NCBI GenBank assembly: GCA_034723415.1
Contig: JAYEOX010000017.1
Span: 6,187-24,481, forward strand
DNA length: 18,295 nt
Reading direction: 5' to 3'
DNA from: Fidelibacterota bacterium
Lineage (GTDB): Bacteria; Fidelibacterota; Fidelibacteria; Fidelibacterales; Fidelibacteraceae
Below the pieces are notes generated by a model. The model was not told where the DNA came from, did no database searches, and saw only the letters and a program-made list of their open reading frames with translations. Within the stretch, counting starts at the first letter, position 1; every line of letters starts with the position of its first letter. Of the stretch, positions 16,485-18,295 are shown piece by piece. The position numbers were made by a program, and so were the translations under genes.

Positions 16485-16997
16485 TTATTTTCTCTTTCCA
16501 ATTAACTTAGCAGGTATTCCACCATAAATCCCATATTCTTCACAATCCTTAGTTATCACAGCACCTGCTCCAATAATGCAGCCCTGCCCAATATGAATCC
16601 CGGGCATAATAATTGCATTCGTGCCAATCCAAACATCGCGAGAAATAATTGTTGATTTGACCTGTTTTTCTCCTTGTAAAAGCATTGGAATATTTAGATC
16701 GACAAAATCATGCATCTTTCCTAATATTGTTACTCCCGGAGCTATCATAACATATTCATCAATTTTAACATTATCCAATTTTACATTTTCATTTATTTGG
16801 CAATGATCCCCAATTTCAATATCATTTCCATTACCAATATATACTTTTGGTTGAACTTTTATATTATCTCCTATTTTAATAATACTTTTTAAAGTCTTAA
16901 CCCTTAGAAAATTAAAAAAAGATCCTCCCGGAAAATAGCTAGATGGCAATTTCGAAAAAATCAGATAATATAAAAATAATAGAATTTTTTTACTCAT
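16485..16997 (-). CDS. Hexapeptide-repeat (left-handed beta-helix) O-acyltransferase, WbbJ/maltose acetyltransferase-like
   Basis: [LIV]-G-x4 repeats (IGDNIK, IGNGND, IGDHCQ, VWIGTNAIIMPGIHIGQGCIIGAGAVITKD) and C-terminal GGIPAKLI. The His in KMHDF sits at the usual catalytic position. Confidence 0.9.
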   Translation of the reverse strand: MSKKILLFLYYLIFSKLPSSYFPGGSFFNFLRVKTLKSIIKIGDNIKVQPKVYIGNGNDIEIGDHCQINENVKLDNVKIDEYVMIAPGVTILGKMHDFVDLNIPMLLQGEKQVKSTIISRDVWIGTNAIIMPGIHIGQGCIIGAGAVITKDCEEYGIYGGIPAKLIGKRK

Positions 16998-18144
16998 TAA
17001 TTCTCCATTTATTATTAAACAAAGTTATTGCATAATACATCCAAGCTTGTGGTCGAACATATTCTATATTATTAGTCCAAAACTTTTCTTTAAAATGATA
17101 AAAATATAGTTTCTTTTCATTAAACATATTTTTTAATGTCCAATTAAGAATTTTTTCGGCTTCCTCTTTCATATTAAATTTTGTATACAAAATAATACCC
17201 ATAGCACAATCTCTAATATCTGTTTCAGTGAAATATTTTCTGACATCATTTGGTTTATGTTTTGGATGAAAGTATAATGGCTGTCCGTTAGTTTTTATAA
17301 AATTAGTTTTATAATTATTCATTCCCTTCTCAAACATTTCTTCTATTTCATTATTTGTAACTAATTTTTTCATCTCCCAAATTGCTTCAAGAATAAATGC
17401 AGTATGAAATCCATCCACATATTTTACATTTTCACTATAATACCAAGTCCCATCATCATTTTGTTTCGATATTAGATAATTTAATATTTTTTTAATTTTA
17501 TTTTTGAATTCATCTCTTTCATAAATTTGATAAAATAAACTATAAAATTTACCGACTTTTGCTGTTGCATTATATACCTCATTTAATTTTGAAAAATTGT
17601 ACGAATAATAAAGATATTCATCAGTTTCTTGATAGGGTAAATCATTTTCAATCACTTTTTCAAAAGATAAAATAGTTTGTAATATTTCATCATTACCTGA
17701 TTTAAGATAATATTCAATAAAAGAATACATAACAAAAAGTGTAATTATTAAAGAAGGATGATTTGCTTCAGACTTATAATGTGATATTACAATTGAAAAA
17801 GGGAATCCAATACTGTATCCTTCAAATTTTTTACTTTTATTATCAATTAACCACTTATATAATTTAGCTGGGATTTCATTTTCATTTTTACCTTTGATCA
17901 TAAAAGCTGACAGCATCAATCCGAATGCTTTAGGGCTTACCATTTTCTTAATTTTAAAACATTTACGAAAATTTATAGGAAGAATTTTGAAAAATTGTGT
18001 TAATAAAATTAACAGTTTTCTATTAGATATTTTCTCAAATAATGGGCTTGCCAATAGATCATAAGGATTGTATCCAACGAAATCATTATTTTTTATTTTT
18101 TCTTCAATTTTTGATTTGAAAATATTTATTTTATCATTTTTCAT
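16990..18144 (-). CDS. Uncharacterised polysaccharide-locus protein, predicted (alpha/alpha)6 toroid fold
   Basis: 384-aa soluble, helical ORF with GYNPYD, PKAFGL, QNDDGTWYY, DGFHT and YVRPQAWM motifs. It overlaps the acyltransferase start by 8 nt (ATGAGTAA). Confidence 0.75.
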   Translation of the reverse strand: MKNDKINIFKSKIEEKIKNNDFVGYNPYDLLASPLFEKISNRKLLILLTQFFKILPINFRKCFKIKKMVSPKAFGLMLSAFMIKGKNENEIPAKLYKWLIDNKSKKFEGYSIGFPFSIVISHYKSEANHPSLIITLFVMYSFIEYYLKSGNDEILQTILSFEKVIENDLPYQETDEYLYYSYNFSKLNEVYNATAKVGKFYSLFYQIYERDEFKNKIKKILNYLISKQNDDGTWYYSENVKYVDGFHTAFILEAIWEMKKLVTNNEIEEMFEKGMNNYKTNFIKTNGQPLYFHPKHKPNDVRKYFTETDIRDCAMGIILYTKFNMKEEAEKILNWTLKNMFNEKKLYFYHFKEKFWTNNIEYVRPQAWMYYAITLFNNKWRINE

Positions 18145-18211
18145 AAATTACTACCGAATTTATTAATAACTCTATCTATAAATTCTAATTTTTATTTGAA
18201 AAATCAATTTA

Positions 18212-18295
18212 TCAATTCAGTTTATTTGTGAACCTAACAAGATTCGAAAAATTCGCATTATCCTTTTTTACATATTCAATAAAATCAACAAATGC
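18212..18295 (-). CDS. 3' end of an upstream gene running in from beyond the window (product unknown)
   Basis: An open minus-strand frame from the window edge reads AFVDFIEYVKKDNANFSNLVRFTNKLN-stop (TGA at 18214-18212), co-oriented with the cluster. Too short to assign a family. Confidence 0.5.
   Translation of the reverse strand, partial: AFVDFIEYVKKDNANFSNLVRFTNKLN

Noticed and set aside
16484..16501. Longer wecG start at 16501 (MERENN extension)
   Set aside because: It overlaps the acyltransferase 3' end. The ATG at 16483 follows the upstream stop by 1 nt with a purine-rich stretch before it, which is more parsimonious.
12795..16806. Plus-strand ORFs 12795-12983 and 16621-16806
   Set aside because: Antisense shadows of the Ldh_2 gene and the acyltransferase.
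1..18295. CRISPR arrays, tRNA/rRNA, transposases, integrases, defence systems, alternative genetic code, frameshifted pseudogenes
   Set aside because: I saw no regularly spaced repeats, no GC-rich structured RNA-sized gaps and no mobile-element motifs. Recognisable genes are full length under the standard code. Very short or diverged RNAs cannot be excluded by eye.

Overview
A very AT-rich, gene-dense bacterial chromosome segment using the standard genetic code. Gene content and signals suggest a Gram-negative, probably anaerobic, non-Bacteroidota member of the FCB group such as Marinimicrobia or Cloacimonadota (inference). The plus strand carries a 5'-truncated SH3-NlpC/P60 peptidoglycan peptidase and trpS, whose product has a [4Fe-4S]-type four-Cys motif. 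The minus strand carries three blocks in reading order. First is the tail of a surface-polysaccharide cluster: a partial ORF, an uncharacterised (alpha/alpha)6-type protein, an O-acyltransferase and a WecG/TagA glycosyltransferase. Second is wcaJ with its own sigma70-like promoter, followed by a CDP-alcohol phosphotransferase and an Ldh_2-family dehydrogenase that end at an intrinsic terminator. Third is a tightly packed operon: recQ, PBP1A, two uncharacterised putative outer-membrane beta-barrel proteins, amidase, murI and folC. I found no mobile element, CRISPR array, rRNA or tRNA. The best candidates for undescribed biology are the overlapping outer-membrane protein pair between PBP1A and the amidase, the QxxDGxW-containing (alpha/alpha)6 protein in the polysaccharide cluster, and eroded REP-like motifs at the trpS/folC junction. 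All family calls come from motif recognition by eye; no searches were run.
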